This document shows, in pieces, positions 1 through 10,789 of a stretch of DNA of 64,000 nt. Under the pieces are notes generated by a model. It ran no database searches. It was not told where the DNA came from and was given only the letters and a program-made list of their open reading frames with translations. The position numbers and the translations under genes were made by a program. The stretch's first letter is position 1; the number at the start of each line of letters is the position of its first letter. Source of the stretch: Auanema rhodensis (taxonomy: Eukaryota > Animalia > Nematoda); the NCBI GenBank assembly GCA_964057225.1, contig OZ059897.1:4154001-4218000 (forward strand), read 5' to 3'.

Positions 1-124
1 TTTTTCGTTGAATAACATTGTCCATCGTCTTTGCCTTGAGAAAAGAAATCTAAAAACTCCTACTTTTTGTGAAATTTTTTAGAAATTTTTCGGGAAAATT
101 TTTGTCACAATGTTTTTGGAAGCA

Positions 125-152
125 ATGTTGAGTGTACATGGGAACTCAGCAT
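125..152. other. 9-bp inverted repeat with 10-nt spacer, present in every full monomer; first copy given
   Basis: atgttgagt-gtacatggga-actcaRcat: perfect in the actcaAcat variant, one G.T pair in the actcaGcat variant. Confidence 0.8.
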
Positions 153-226
153 ACACTAATGCATTATTTTTCAAACGATCATAACTAATTTTTGTATAGA
201 GCGTTTCTCAATGTAGTATAGTGCAT

Positions 227-293
227 TCGATGCGGATTTTTAAGCTGCGTCGATCTGTGTTATCAGATTTGAGTTAGCTTAAAAATGCACCGA
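227..293. other. Imperfect inverted repeat (hairpin/cruciform-capable), present in every full monomer; first copy given
   Basis: tcgatgc/gcaccga (6 of 7), atttttaagct/agcttaaaaat (11 of 11), atctg/cagat (5 of 5), loop tgttat. Confidence 0.85.
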
Positions 294-340
294 GATATCA
301 ACTGATATATGTTCACACTTATATCCTCGATTTTCACCCT

Positions 341-546
341 GAAGAATTATATTTTTCGTTGAATAACATTGTCCATCGTCTTAGCCTTGAAAAAAGGAAT
401 CTAAAAACATTTACTTTTTGCGAAATTATTCAGAAATTTTTCGGGAAAATTTTTTTCGATCTGTGTTATCAGATTTGAGTTAGCTTGAAAATGCACCGAG
501 ATATCAACTGATATATGTTCACACTTATATCCTCGATTTTCACCCT
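341..546. repeat. Truncated 206-bp monomer (145-bp internal deletion)
   Basis: Junction gggaaaatttttttcgatctg at 443-463 joins monomer position ~104-106 to ~249-251. Confidence 0.93.
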
Positions 547-759
547 GAAGAAATGATTTTTTCGTTGAAAAACATTGTCCATCGTATTCGTCTTGAAAAA
601 AGGAATCTAAAAACATCTACTTTTTGTGAAATTATTTAGAAATTTTTCGGGAAAATTTTTGTCACAATGTTGATTTGATTTGAAGATTTGAGTTAGCTTA
701 AAAATGCACCGAGATATCAACTGATATATGTTCACACTTATATCCTCGATTTTCACCCT
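547..759. repeat. Truncated 213-bp monomer (net 138-bp loss, complex junction)
   Basis: Junction gtcacaatgttgatttgatttgaagatttgag at 661-692. Confidence 0.93.
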
Positions 760-1461
760 GAAGAAATGATTTTTTCGTTGAAAAACATTGTCCATCGTAT
801 TCGTCTTGAAAAAAAGAATCTAAAAACATCTACTTTTTGTGAAATTATTCAGAAATTTTTCGGGAAAATTTTTGTCAAAATGTTTTTGGAAGCAATGTTG
901 AGTGTACATGGGAACTCAACATACACTAATGCATTATTTTTCAAACGATCATAACTAATTTTTGTATGGAGCGTTTCTCAATGTAGTATAGTGCATTCGA
1001 TGCGGATTTTTAAGCTGCGTTGATCTGTGTTATCAGATTTGCGCTAGCTTAAAAATGCACCGAGTAATCAACTGATATAGGTTCACACTTATATCCTCGA
1101 TTTTCACCCTGAAGAATTAATTTTTTCGTTGAATAACATTGTCCATCGTCTTTGCCTTGAGAAAAGAAATCTAAAAACTCCTACTTTTTGTGAAATTTTT
1201 TAGAAATTTTTCGGGAAAATTTTTGTCACAATGTTTTTGGAAGCAATGTTGAGTGTACATGGGAACTCAGCATACACTAATGCATTATTTTTCAAACGAT
1301 CATAACTAATTTTTGTATAGAGCGTTTCTCAATGTAGTATAGTGCATTCGATGCGGATTTTTAAGCTGCGTCGATCTGTGTTATCAGATTTGAGTTAGCT
1401 TAAAAATGCACCGAGATATCAACTGATATATGTTCACACTTATATCCTCGATTTTCACCCT

Positions 1462-1667
1462 GAAGAATTATATTTTTCGTTGAATAACATTGTCCATCGT
1501 CTTAGCCTTGAAAAAAGGAATCTAAAAACATTTACTTTTTGCGAAATTATTCAGAAATTTTTCGGGAAAATTTTTTTCGATCTGTGTTATCAGATTTGAG
1601 TTAGCTTGAAAATGCACCGAGATATCAACTGATATATGTTCACACTTATATCCTCGATTTTCACCCT
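1462..1667. repeat. Truncated 206-bp monomer, second copy
   Basis: Same junction as 341-546, offset 1121. Confidence 0.93.
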
Positions 1668-1880
1668 GAAGAAATGATTTTTTCGTTGAAAAACATTGTC
1701 CATCGTATTCGTCTTGAAAAAAGGAATCTAAAAACATCTACTTTTTGTGAAATTATTTAGAAATTTTTCGGGAAAATTTTTGTCACAATGTTGATTTGAT
1801 TTGAAGATTTGAGTTAGCTTAAAAATGCACCGAGATATCAACTGATATATGTTCACACTTATATCCTCGATTTTCACCCT
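1668..1880. repeat. Truncated 213-bp monomer, second copy
   Basis: Same junction as 547-759, offset 1121. Confidence 0.93.
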
Positions 1881-2231
1881 GAAGAAATGATTTTTTCGTT
1901 GAAAAACATTGTCCATCGTATTCGTCTTGAAAAAAAGAATCTAAAAACATCTACTTTTTGTGAAATTATTCAGAAATTTTTCGGGAAAATTTTTGTCAAA
2001 ATGTTTTTGGAAGCAATGTTGAGTGTACATGGGAACTCAACATACACTAATGCATTATTTTTCAAACGATCATAACTAATTTTTGTATGGAGCGTTTCTC
2101 AATGTAGTATAGTGCATTCGATGCGGATTTTTAAGCTGCGTTGATCTGTGTTATCAGATTTGCGCTAGCTTAAAAATGCACCGAGTAATCAACTGATATA
2201 GGTTCACACTTATATCCTCGATTTTCACCCT

Positions 2232-4337
2232 GAAGAATTAATTTTTTCGTTGAATAACATTGTCCATCGTCTTTGCCTTGAGAAAAGAAATCTAAAAACT
2301 CCTACTTTTTGTGAAATTTTTTAGAAATTTTTCGGGAAAATTTTTGTCACAATGTTTTTGGAAGCAATGTTGAGTGTACATGGGAACTCAGCATACACTA
2401 ATGCATTATTTTTCAAACGATCATAACTAATTTTTGTATAGAGCGTTTCTCAATGTAGTATAGTGCATTCGATGCGGATTTTTAAGCTGCGTCGATCTGT
2501 GTTATCAGATTTGAGTTAGCTTAAAAATGCACCGAGATATCAACTGATATATGTTCACACTTATATCCTCGATTTTCACCCTGAAGAATTATATTTTTCG
2601 TTGAATAGCATTGTCCATCGTCTTAGCCTTGAAAAAAGGAATCTAAAAACATTTACTTTTTGCGAAATTATTCAGAAATTTTTCGGGAAAATTTTTGTCA
2701 AAATGTTTTTCGAAGCAATGTTGAGTGTACATGGGAACTCAGCATACACTAATGCATTATTTTTCAAACGATCATAACTAATTTTTGTATAAAGCGTTTC
2801 TCAATGTAGTATAGTGCATTCGATGCGGATTTTTAAGCTGCGTCGATATGTGTTATCAGATTTGAGTTAGCTTAAAAATGCACCGAGATATCAACTGATA
2901 TATGTTCACACTTATATCCTCGATTTTCACCCTGAAGAAATGATTTTTTCGTTGAATAACATTGTCCATCGTCTTCGTCTTGAAAAAAGGAATCTAAAAA
3001 CATCTACTTTTTGTGAAATTATTTAGAAATTTTTCGGGAAAATTTTTGTCAAAATGTTTTTGGAAGCAATGTTGAGTGTACATGGGAACTCAACATACAC
3101 TAATGCATTATTTTTCATACGATCATAACTAATTTTTGTATAAAGCGTTTCTCAATGTAGTATAGTGCATTCGATGCGGATTTTTAAGCTGCGTTGATCT
3201 GTGTTATCAGATTTGAGTTAACTTAAAAATGCACCGAGATATCAACTGATATATGTTCACACTTATATCCTCGATTTTCACCCTGAAGAATTAATTTTTT
3301 CGTTGAATAACATTGTCCATCGTCTTTGCCTTGAGAAAAGAAATCTAAAAACTCCTACTTTTTGTGAAATTTTTTAGAAATTTTTCGGGAAAATTTTTGT
3401 CACAATGTTTTTGGATGCAATGTTGAGTGTACATGGGAACTCAGCATACACTAATGCATTATTTTTCAAACGATCATAACTAATTTTTGTATAGAGCGTT
3501 TCTCAATGTAGTATAGTGCATTCGATGCGGATTTTTAAGCTGCGTCGATCTGTGTTATCAGATTTGAGTTAGCTTAAAAATGCACCGAGATATCAACTGA
3601 TATATGTTCACACTTATATCCTCGATTTTCACCCTGAAGAATTATATTTTTCGTTGAATAGCATTGTCCATCGTCTTAGCCTTGAAAAAAGGAATCTAAA
3701 AACATTTACTTTTTGCGAAATTATTCAGAAATTTTTCGGGAAAATTTTTGTCAAAATGTTTTTCGAAGCAATGTTGAGTGTACATGGGAACTCAGCATAC
3801 ACTAATGCATTATTTTTCAAACGATCATAACTAATTTTTGTATAAAGCGTTTCTCAATGTAGTATAGTGCATTCGATGCGGATTTTTAAGCTGCGTCGAT
3901 ATGTGTTATCAGATTTGAGTTAGCTTAAAAATGCACCGAGATATCAACTGATATATGTTCACACTTATATCCTCGATTTTCACCCTGAAGAAATGATTTT
4001 TTCGTTGAATAACATTGTCCATCGTCTTCGTCTTGAAAAAAGGAATCTAAAAACATCTACTTTTTGTGAAATTATTTAGAAATTTTTCGGGAAAATTTTT
4101 GTCAAAATGTTTTTGGAAGCAATGTTGAGTGTACATGGGAACTCAACATACACTAATGCATTATTTTTCATACGATCATAACTAATTTTTGTATAAAGCG
4201 TTTCTCAATGTAGTATAGTGCATTCGATGCGGATTTTTAAGCTGCGTTGATCTGTGTTATCAGATTTGAGTTAACTTAAAAATGCACCGAGATATCAACT
4301 GATATATGTTCACACTTATATCCTCGATTTTCACCCT
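2232..4337. repeat. Trimer (1,053-bp) tandem duplication
   Basis: Three marked monomers (gagaaaag; aatagc/cttagcc/tttgcg; tcatacg/gttaact) recur in order at +1053. One private change, ggatgcaa, at ~3416. Confidence 0.85.
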
Positions 4338-7300
4338 GAAGAAATGATTTTTTTGTTGAAAAACATTGTCCATCGTATTCGTCTTGAAAAAAGGAATCTA
4401 AAAACATCTACTTTTTGTGAAATTATTTAGAAATTTTTCGGGAAAATTTTTGTCAAAATGTTTTTGGAAGCAATGTTGAGTGTACATGGGAACTCAGCAT
4501 ACACTAATGCATTATTTTTCAAACGATCATAACTAATTTTTGTATAGAGCGTTTCTCAATGTAGTATAGTGCATTCGATGCGGATTTTTAAGCTGCGTTG
4601 ATCTGTGTTATCAGATTTGCGCTAGCCTAAAAATGCACCGAGTAATCAACTGATATAGGTTCACACTTATATCCTCGATTTTCACCCTGAAGAATTAATT
4701 TTTTCGTTGAATAACATTGTCCATCGTCTTTGCCTTGAGAAAAGAAATCTAAAAACTCCTACTTTTTGTGAAATTTTTTAGAAATTTTTCGGGAAAATTT
4801 TTGTCACAATGTTTTTGGAAGCAATGTTGAGTGTACATGGGAACTCAGCATACACTAATGCATTATTTTTCAAACGATCATAACTAATTTTTGTATAGAG
4901 CGTTTCTCAATGTAGTATAGTGCATTCGATGCGGATTTTTAAGCTGCGTCGATCTGTGTTATCAGATTTGAGTTAGCTTAAAAATGCACCGAGATATCAA
5001 CTGATATATGTTCACACTTATATCCTCGATTTTCACCCTGAAGAATTATATTTTTCGTTGAATAGCATTGTCCATCGTCTTAGCCTTGAAAAAAGGAATC
5101 TAAAAACATCTACTTTTTGTGAAATTATTTAGAAATTTTTCGGGAAAATTTTTGTCAAAATGTTTTTGGAAGCAATGTTGAGTGTACATGGGAACTCAGC
5201 ATACACTAATGCATTATTTTTCAAACGATCATAACTAATTTTTGTATAGAGCGTTTCTCAATGTAGTATAGTGCATTCGATGCGGATTTTTAAGCTGCGT
5301 TGATCTGTGTTATCAGATTTGCGCTAGCTTAAAAATGCACCGAGTAATCAACTGATATAGGTTCACACTTATATCCTCGATTTTCACCCTGAAGAATTAA
5401 TTTTTTCGTTGAATAACATTGTCCATCGTCTTTGCCTTGAGAAAAGAAATCTAAAAACTCCTACTTTTTGTGAAATTTTTTAGAAATTTTTCGGGAAAAT
5501 TTTTGTCACAATGTTTTTGGAAGCAATGTTGAGTGTACATGGGAACTCAGCATACACTAATGCATTATTTTTCAAACGATCATAACTAATTTTTGTATAG
5601 AGCGTTTCTCAATGTAGTATAGTGCATTCGATGCGGATTTTTAAGCTGCGTCGATCTGTGTTATCAGATTTGAGTTAGCTTAAAAATGCACCGAGATATC
5701 AACTGATATATGTTCACACTTATATCCTCGATTTTCACCCTGAAGAATTATATTTTTCGTTGAATAGCATTGTCCATCGTCTTAGCCTTGAAAAAAGGAA
5801 TCTAAAAACATTTACTTTTTGCGAAATTATTCAGAAATTTTTCGGGAAAATTTTTGTCAAAATGTTTTTCGAAGCAATGTTGAGTGTACATGGGAACTCA
5901 GCATACACTAATGCATTATTTTTCAAACGATCATAACTAATTTTTGTATAAAGCGTTTCTCAATGTAGTATAGTGCATTCGATGCGGATTTTTAAGCTGC
6001 GTCGATATGTGTTATCAGATTTGAGTTAGCTTAAAAATGCACCGAGATATCAACTGATATATGTTCACACTTATATCCTCGATTTTCACCCTGAAGAAAT
6101 GATTTTTTCGTTGAATAACATTGTCCATCGTCTTCGTCTTGAAAAAAGGAATCTAAAAACATCTACTTTTTGTGAAATTATTTAGAAATTTTTCGGGAAA
6201 ATTTTTGTCAAAATGTTTTTGGAAGCAATGTTGAGTGTACATGGGAACTCAACATACACTAATGCATTATTTTTCATACGATCATAACTAATTTTTGTAT
6301 AAAGCGTTTCTCAATGTAGTATAGTGCATTCGATGCGGATTTTTAAGCTGCGTTGATCTGTGTTATCAGATTTGAGTTAACTTAAAAATGCACCGAGATA
6401 TCAACTGATATATGTTCACACTTATATCCTCGATTTTCACCCTGAAGAAATGATTTTTTTGTTGAAAAACATTGTCCATCGTATTCGTCTTGAAAAAAGG
6501 AATCTAAAAACATCTACTTTTTGTGAAATTATTTAGAAATTTTTCGGGAAAATTTTTGTCAAAATGTTTTTGGAAGCAATGTTGAGTGTACATGGGAACT
6601 CAGCATACACTAATGCATTATTTTTCAAACGATCATAACTAATTTTTGTATAGAGCGTTTCTCAATGTAGTATAGTTCATTCGATGCGGATTTTTAAGCT
6701 GCGTCGATCTGTGTTATCAGATTTGAGTTAGCTTAAAAATGCACCGAGATATCAACTGATATATGTTCACACTTATATCCTCGATTTTCACCCTGAAGAA
6801 ATGATTTTTTCGTTAACAAACATTGTCTATCGTATTCGTCTTGAAAAAAGGAATCTAAAAACATCTACTTTTTGTGAAATTATTTAGAAATTTTTCGGGA
6901 AAATTTTTGTCAAAATGTTTTTGGAAGCAATGTTGAGTGTACATGGGAACTCAACATACACTAATGCATTATTTTTCAAACGATCATAACTAATTTTTGT
7001 ATGGAGCGTTTCTCAATGTAGTATAGTGCATTCGATGCGGATTTTTAAGCTGCGTTGATCTGTGTTATCAGATTTGAGTTAGCTTGAAAATGCACCGAGA
7101 TATCAACTGATATATGTTCACACTTATATCCTCGATTTTCACCCTGAAGAATTAATTTTTTCGTTGAATAACATTGTCCATCGTCTTTGCCTTGAAAAAA
7201 GAAATCTAAAAACTCCTACTTTTTGTGAAATTATTCAGAAATTTTTCGGGAAAATTTTTGTCACAATGTTTTTGGAAGCAATGTTGAGTGTACATGGGAA

Positions 7301-7496
7301 CTCAGCATACACTAATGCATTATTTTTCAAACGATCATAACTAATTTTTGTATAGAGCGTTTCTCAATGTAGTATAGTGCATTCGATGCGGATTTTTAAG
7401 CTGCGTCGATCTGTGTTATCAGATTTGAGTTAGCTTAAAAATGCACCGAGATATCAACTGATATATGTTCACACTTATATCCTCGATTTTCACCCT

Positions 7497-8900
7497 GAAG
7501 AATTATATTTTTCGTTGAATAGCATTGTCCATCGTCTTAGCCTTGAAAAAAGAAATCTAAAAACATTTACTTTTTGCGAAATTATTCAGAAATTTTTCGG
7601 GAAAATTTTTGTCAAAATGTTTTTCGAAGCAATGTTGAGTGTACATGGGAACTCAGCATACACTAATGCATTATTTTTCAAACGATCATAACTAATTTTT
7701 GTATAAAGCGTTTCTCAATGTAGTATAGTGCATTCGATGCGGATTTTTAAGCTGCGTCGATATGTGTTATCAGATTTGAGTTAGCTTAAAAATGCACCGA
7801 GATATCAACTGATATATGTTCACACTTATATCCTCGATTTTCACCCTGAAGAAATGATTTTTTCGTTGAATAACATTGTCCATCGTCTTCGTCTTGAAAA
7901 AAGGAATCTAAAAACATCTACTTTTTGTGAAATTATCTAGAAATTTTTCGGGAAAATTTTTGTCAAAATGTTTTTGGAAGCAATGTTGAGTGTACATGGG
8001 AACTCAACATACACTAATGCATTATTTTTCATACGATCATAACTAATTTTTGTATAAAGCGTTTCTCAATGTAGTATAGTGCATTCGATGCGGATTTTTA
8101 AGCTGCGTTGATCTGTGTTATCAGATTTGAGTTAACTTAAAAATGCACCGAGATATCAACTGATATATGTTCACACTTATATCCTCGATTTTCACCCTGA
8201 AGAATTATATTTTTCGTTGAATAGCATTGTCCATCGTCTTAGCCTTGAAAAAAGAAATCTAAAAACATTTACTTTTTGCGAAATTATTCAGAAATTTTTC
8301 GGGAAAATTTTTGTCAAAATGTTTTTCGAAGCAATGTTGAGTGTACATGGGAACTCAGCATACACTAATGCATTATTTTTCAAACGATCATAACTAATTT
8401 TTGTATAAAGCGTTTCTCAATGTAGTATAGTGCATTCGATGCGGATTTTTAAGCTGCGTCGATATGTGTTATCAGATTTGAGTTAGCTTAAAAATGCACC
8501 GAGATATCAACTGATATATGTTCACACTTATATCCTCGATTTTCACCCTGAAGAAATGATTTTTTCGTTGAATAACATTGTCCATCGTCTTCGTCTTGAA
8601 AAAAGGAATCTAAAAACATCTACTTTTTGTGAAATTATCTAGAAATTTTTCGGGAAAATTTTTGTCAAAATGTTTTTGGAAGCAATGTTGAGTGTACATG
8701 GGAACTCAACATACACTAATGCATTATTTTTCATACGATCATAACTAATTTTTGTATAAAGCGTTTCTCAATGTAGTATAGTGCATTCGATGCGGATTTT
8801 TAAGCTGCGTTGATCTGTGTTATCAGATTTGAGTTAACTTAAAAATGCACCGAGATATCAACTGATATATGTTCACACTTATATCCTCGATTTTCACCCT
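7497..8900. repeat. Dimer (702-bp) tandem duplication
   Basis: Private variant attatctag at ~7933 and ~8635, each preceded by an aatagc/cttagcc monomer. Confidence 0.85.
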
Positions 8901-10789
8901 GAAGAAATGATTTTTTTGTTGAAAAACATTGTCCATCGTATTCGTCTTGAAAAAAGGAATCTAAAAACATCTACTTTTTGTGAAATTATTTAGAAATTTT
9001 TCGGGAAAATTTTTGTCAAAATGTTTTTGGAAGCAATGTTGAGTGTACATGGGAACTCAGCATACACTAATGCATTATTTTTCAAACGATCATAACTAAT
9101 TTTTGTATAGAGCGTTTCTCAATGTAGTATAGTTCATTCGATGCGGATTTTTAAGCTGCGTCGATCTGTGTTATCAGATTTGAGTTAGCTTAAAAATGCA
9201 CCGAGATATCAACTGATATATGTTCACACTTATATCCTCGATTTTCACCCTGAAGAAATGATTTTTTCGTTAACAAACATTGTCTATCGTATTCGTCTTG
9301 AAAAAAGGAATCTAAAAACATCTACTTTTTGTGAAATTATTTAGAAATTTTTCGGGAAAATTTTTGTCAAAATGTTTTTGGAAGCAATGTTGAGTGTACA
9401 TGGGAACTCAACATACACTAATGCATTATTTTTCATACGATCATAACTAATTTTTGTATAAAGCGTTTCTCAATGTAGTATAGTGCATTCGATGCGGATT
9501 TTTAAGCTGCGTTGATCTGTGTTATCAGATTTGAGTTAACTTAAAAATGCACCGAGATATCAACTGATATATGTTCACACTTATATCCTCGATTTTCACC
9601 CTGAAGAAATGATTTTTTTGTTGAAAAACATTGTCCATCGTATTCGTCTTGAAAAAAGGAATCTAAAAACATCTACTTTTTGTGAAATTATTTAGAAATT
9701 TTTCGGGAAAATTTTTGTCAAAATGTTTTTGGAAGCAATGTTGAGTGTACATGGGAACTCAGCATACACTAATGCATTATTTTTCAAACGATCATAACTA
9801 ATTTTTGTATAGAGCGTTTCTCAATGTAGTATAGTTCATTCGATGCGGATTTTTAAGCTGCGTCGATCTGTGTTATCAGATTTGAGTTAGCTTAAAAATG
9901 CACCGAGATATCAACTGATATATGTTCACACTTATATCCTCGATTTTCACCCTGAAGAAATGATTTTTTCGTTAACAAACATTGTCTATCGTATTCGTCT
10001 TGAAAAAAGGAATCTAAAAACATCTACTTTTTGTGAAATTATTTAGAAATTTTTCGGGAAAATTTTTGTCAAAATGTTTTTGGAAGCAATGTTGAGTGTA
10101 CATGGGAACTCAACATACACTAATGCATTATTTTTCAAACGATCATAACTAATTTTTGTATAGAGCGTTTCTCAATGTAGTATAGTTCATTCGATGCGGA
10201 TTTTTAAGCTGCGTCGATCTGTGTTATCAGATTTGAGTTAGCTTAAAAATGCACCGAGATATCAACTGATATATGTTCACACTTATATCCTCGATTTTCA
10301 CCCTGAAGAAATGATTTTTTCGTTAACAAACATTGTCTATCGTATTCGTCTTGAAAAAAGGAATCTAAAAACATCTACTTTTTGTGAAATTATTTAGAAA
10401 TTTTTCGGGAAAATTTTTGTCAAAATGTTTTTGGAAGCAATGTTGAGTGTACATGGGAACTCAACATACACTAATGCATTATTTTTCAAACGATCATAAC
10501 TAATTTTTGTATGGAGCGTTTCTCAATGTAGTATAGTGCATTCGATGCGGATTTTTAAGCTGCGTTGATCTGTGTTATCAGATTTGAGTTAGCTTGAAAA
10601 TGCACCGAGATATCAACTGATATATGTTCACACTTATATCCTCGATTTTCACCCTGAAGAATTAATTTTTTCGTTGAATAACATTGTCCATCGTCTTTGC
10701 CTTGAAAAAAGAAATCTAAAAACTCCTACTTTTTGTGAAATTATTCAGAAATTTTTCGGGAAAATTTTTGTCAAAATGTTTTTGGAAGC

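Larger units (their letters stand above)
1..2607. repeat. 1,121-bp higher-order repeat (206+213+351+351), about 2.3 copies visible
   Basis: Anchors at 341, 547, 760, 1111, 1462, 1668, 1881, 2232, 2583. Identical ORFs are offset by 1121 (401/1522, 607/1728, 766/1887). Identity breaks at ~2608 (aataGcatt). Confidence 0.96.

Noticed and set aside
3-19. CENP-B box-like tttcgttgaa
   Set aside because: It resembles only the 5' half. The CGGG required by nTTCGnnnnAnnCGGGn is missing; the nearest cggga is about 85 bp away.
1-351. Monomer as a diverged dimer of ~175 bp, or a 5S rRNA, tRNA or spliced-leader repeat unit
   Set aside because: No convincing half-to-half similarity by eye and no recognisable RNA-gene motif. 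A self-alignment and Rfam scan would be needed to exclude these formally.
401-1916. Minus-strand 71-aa and 62-aa ORFs
   Set aside because: They span the deletion junctions of truncated monomers and are by-products of stop-codon loss.
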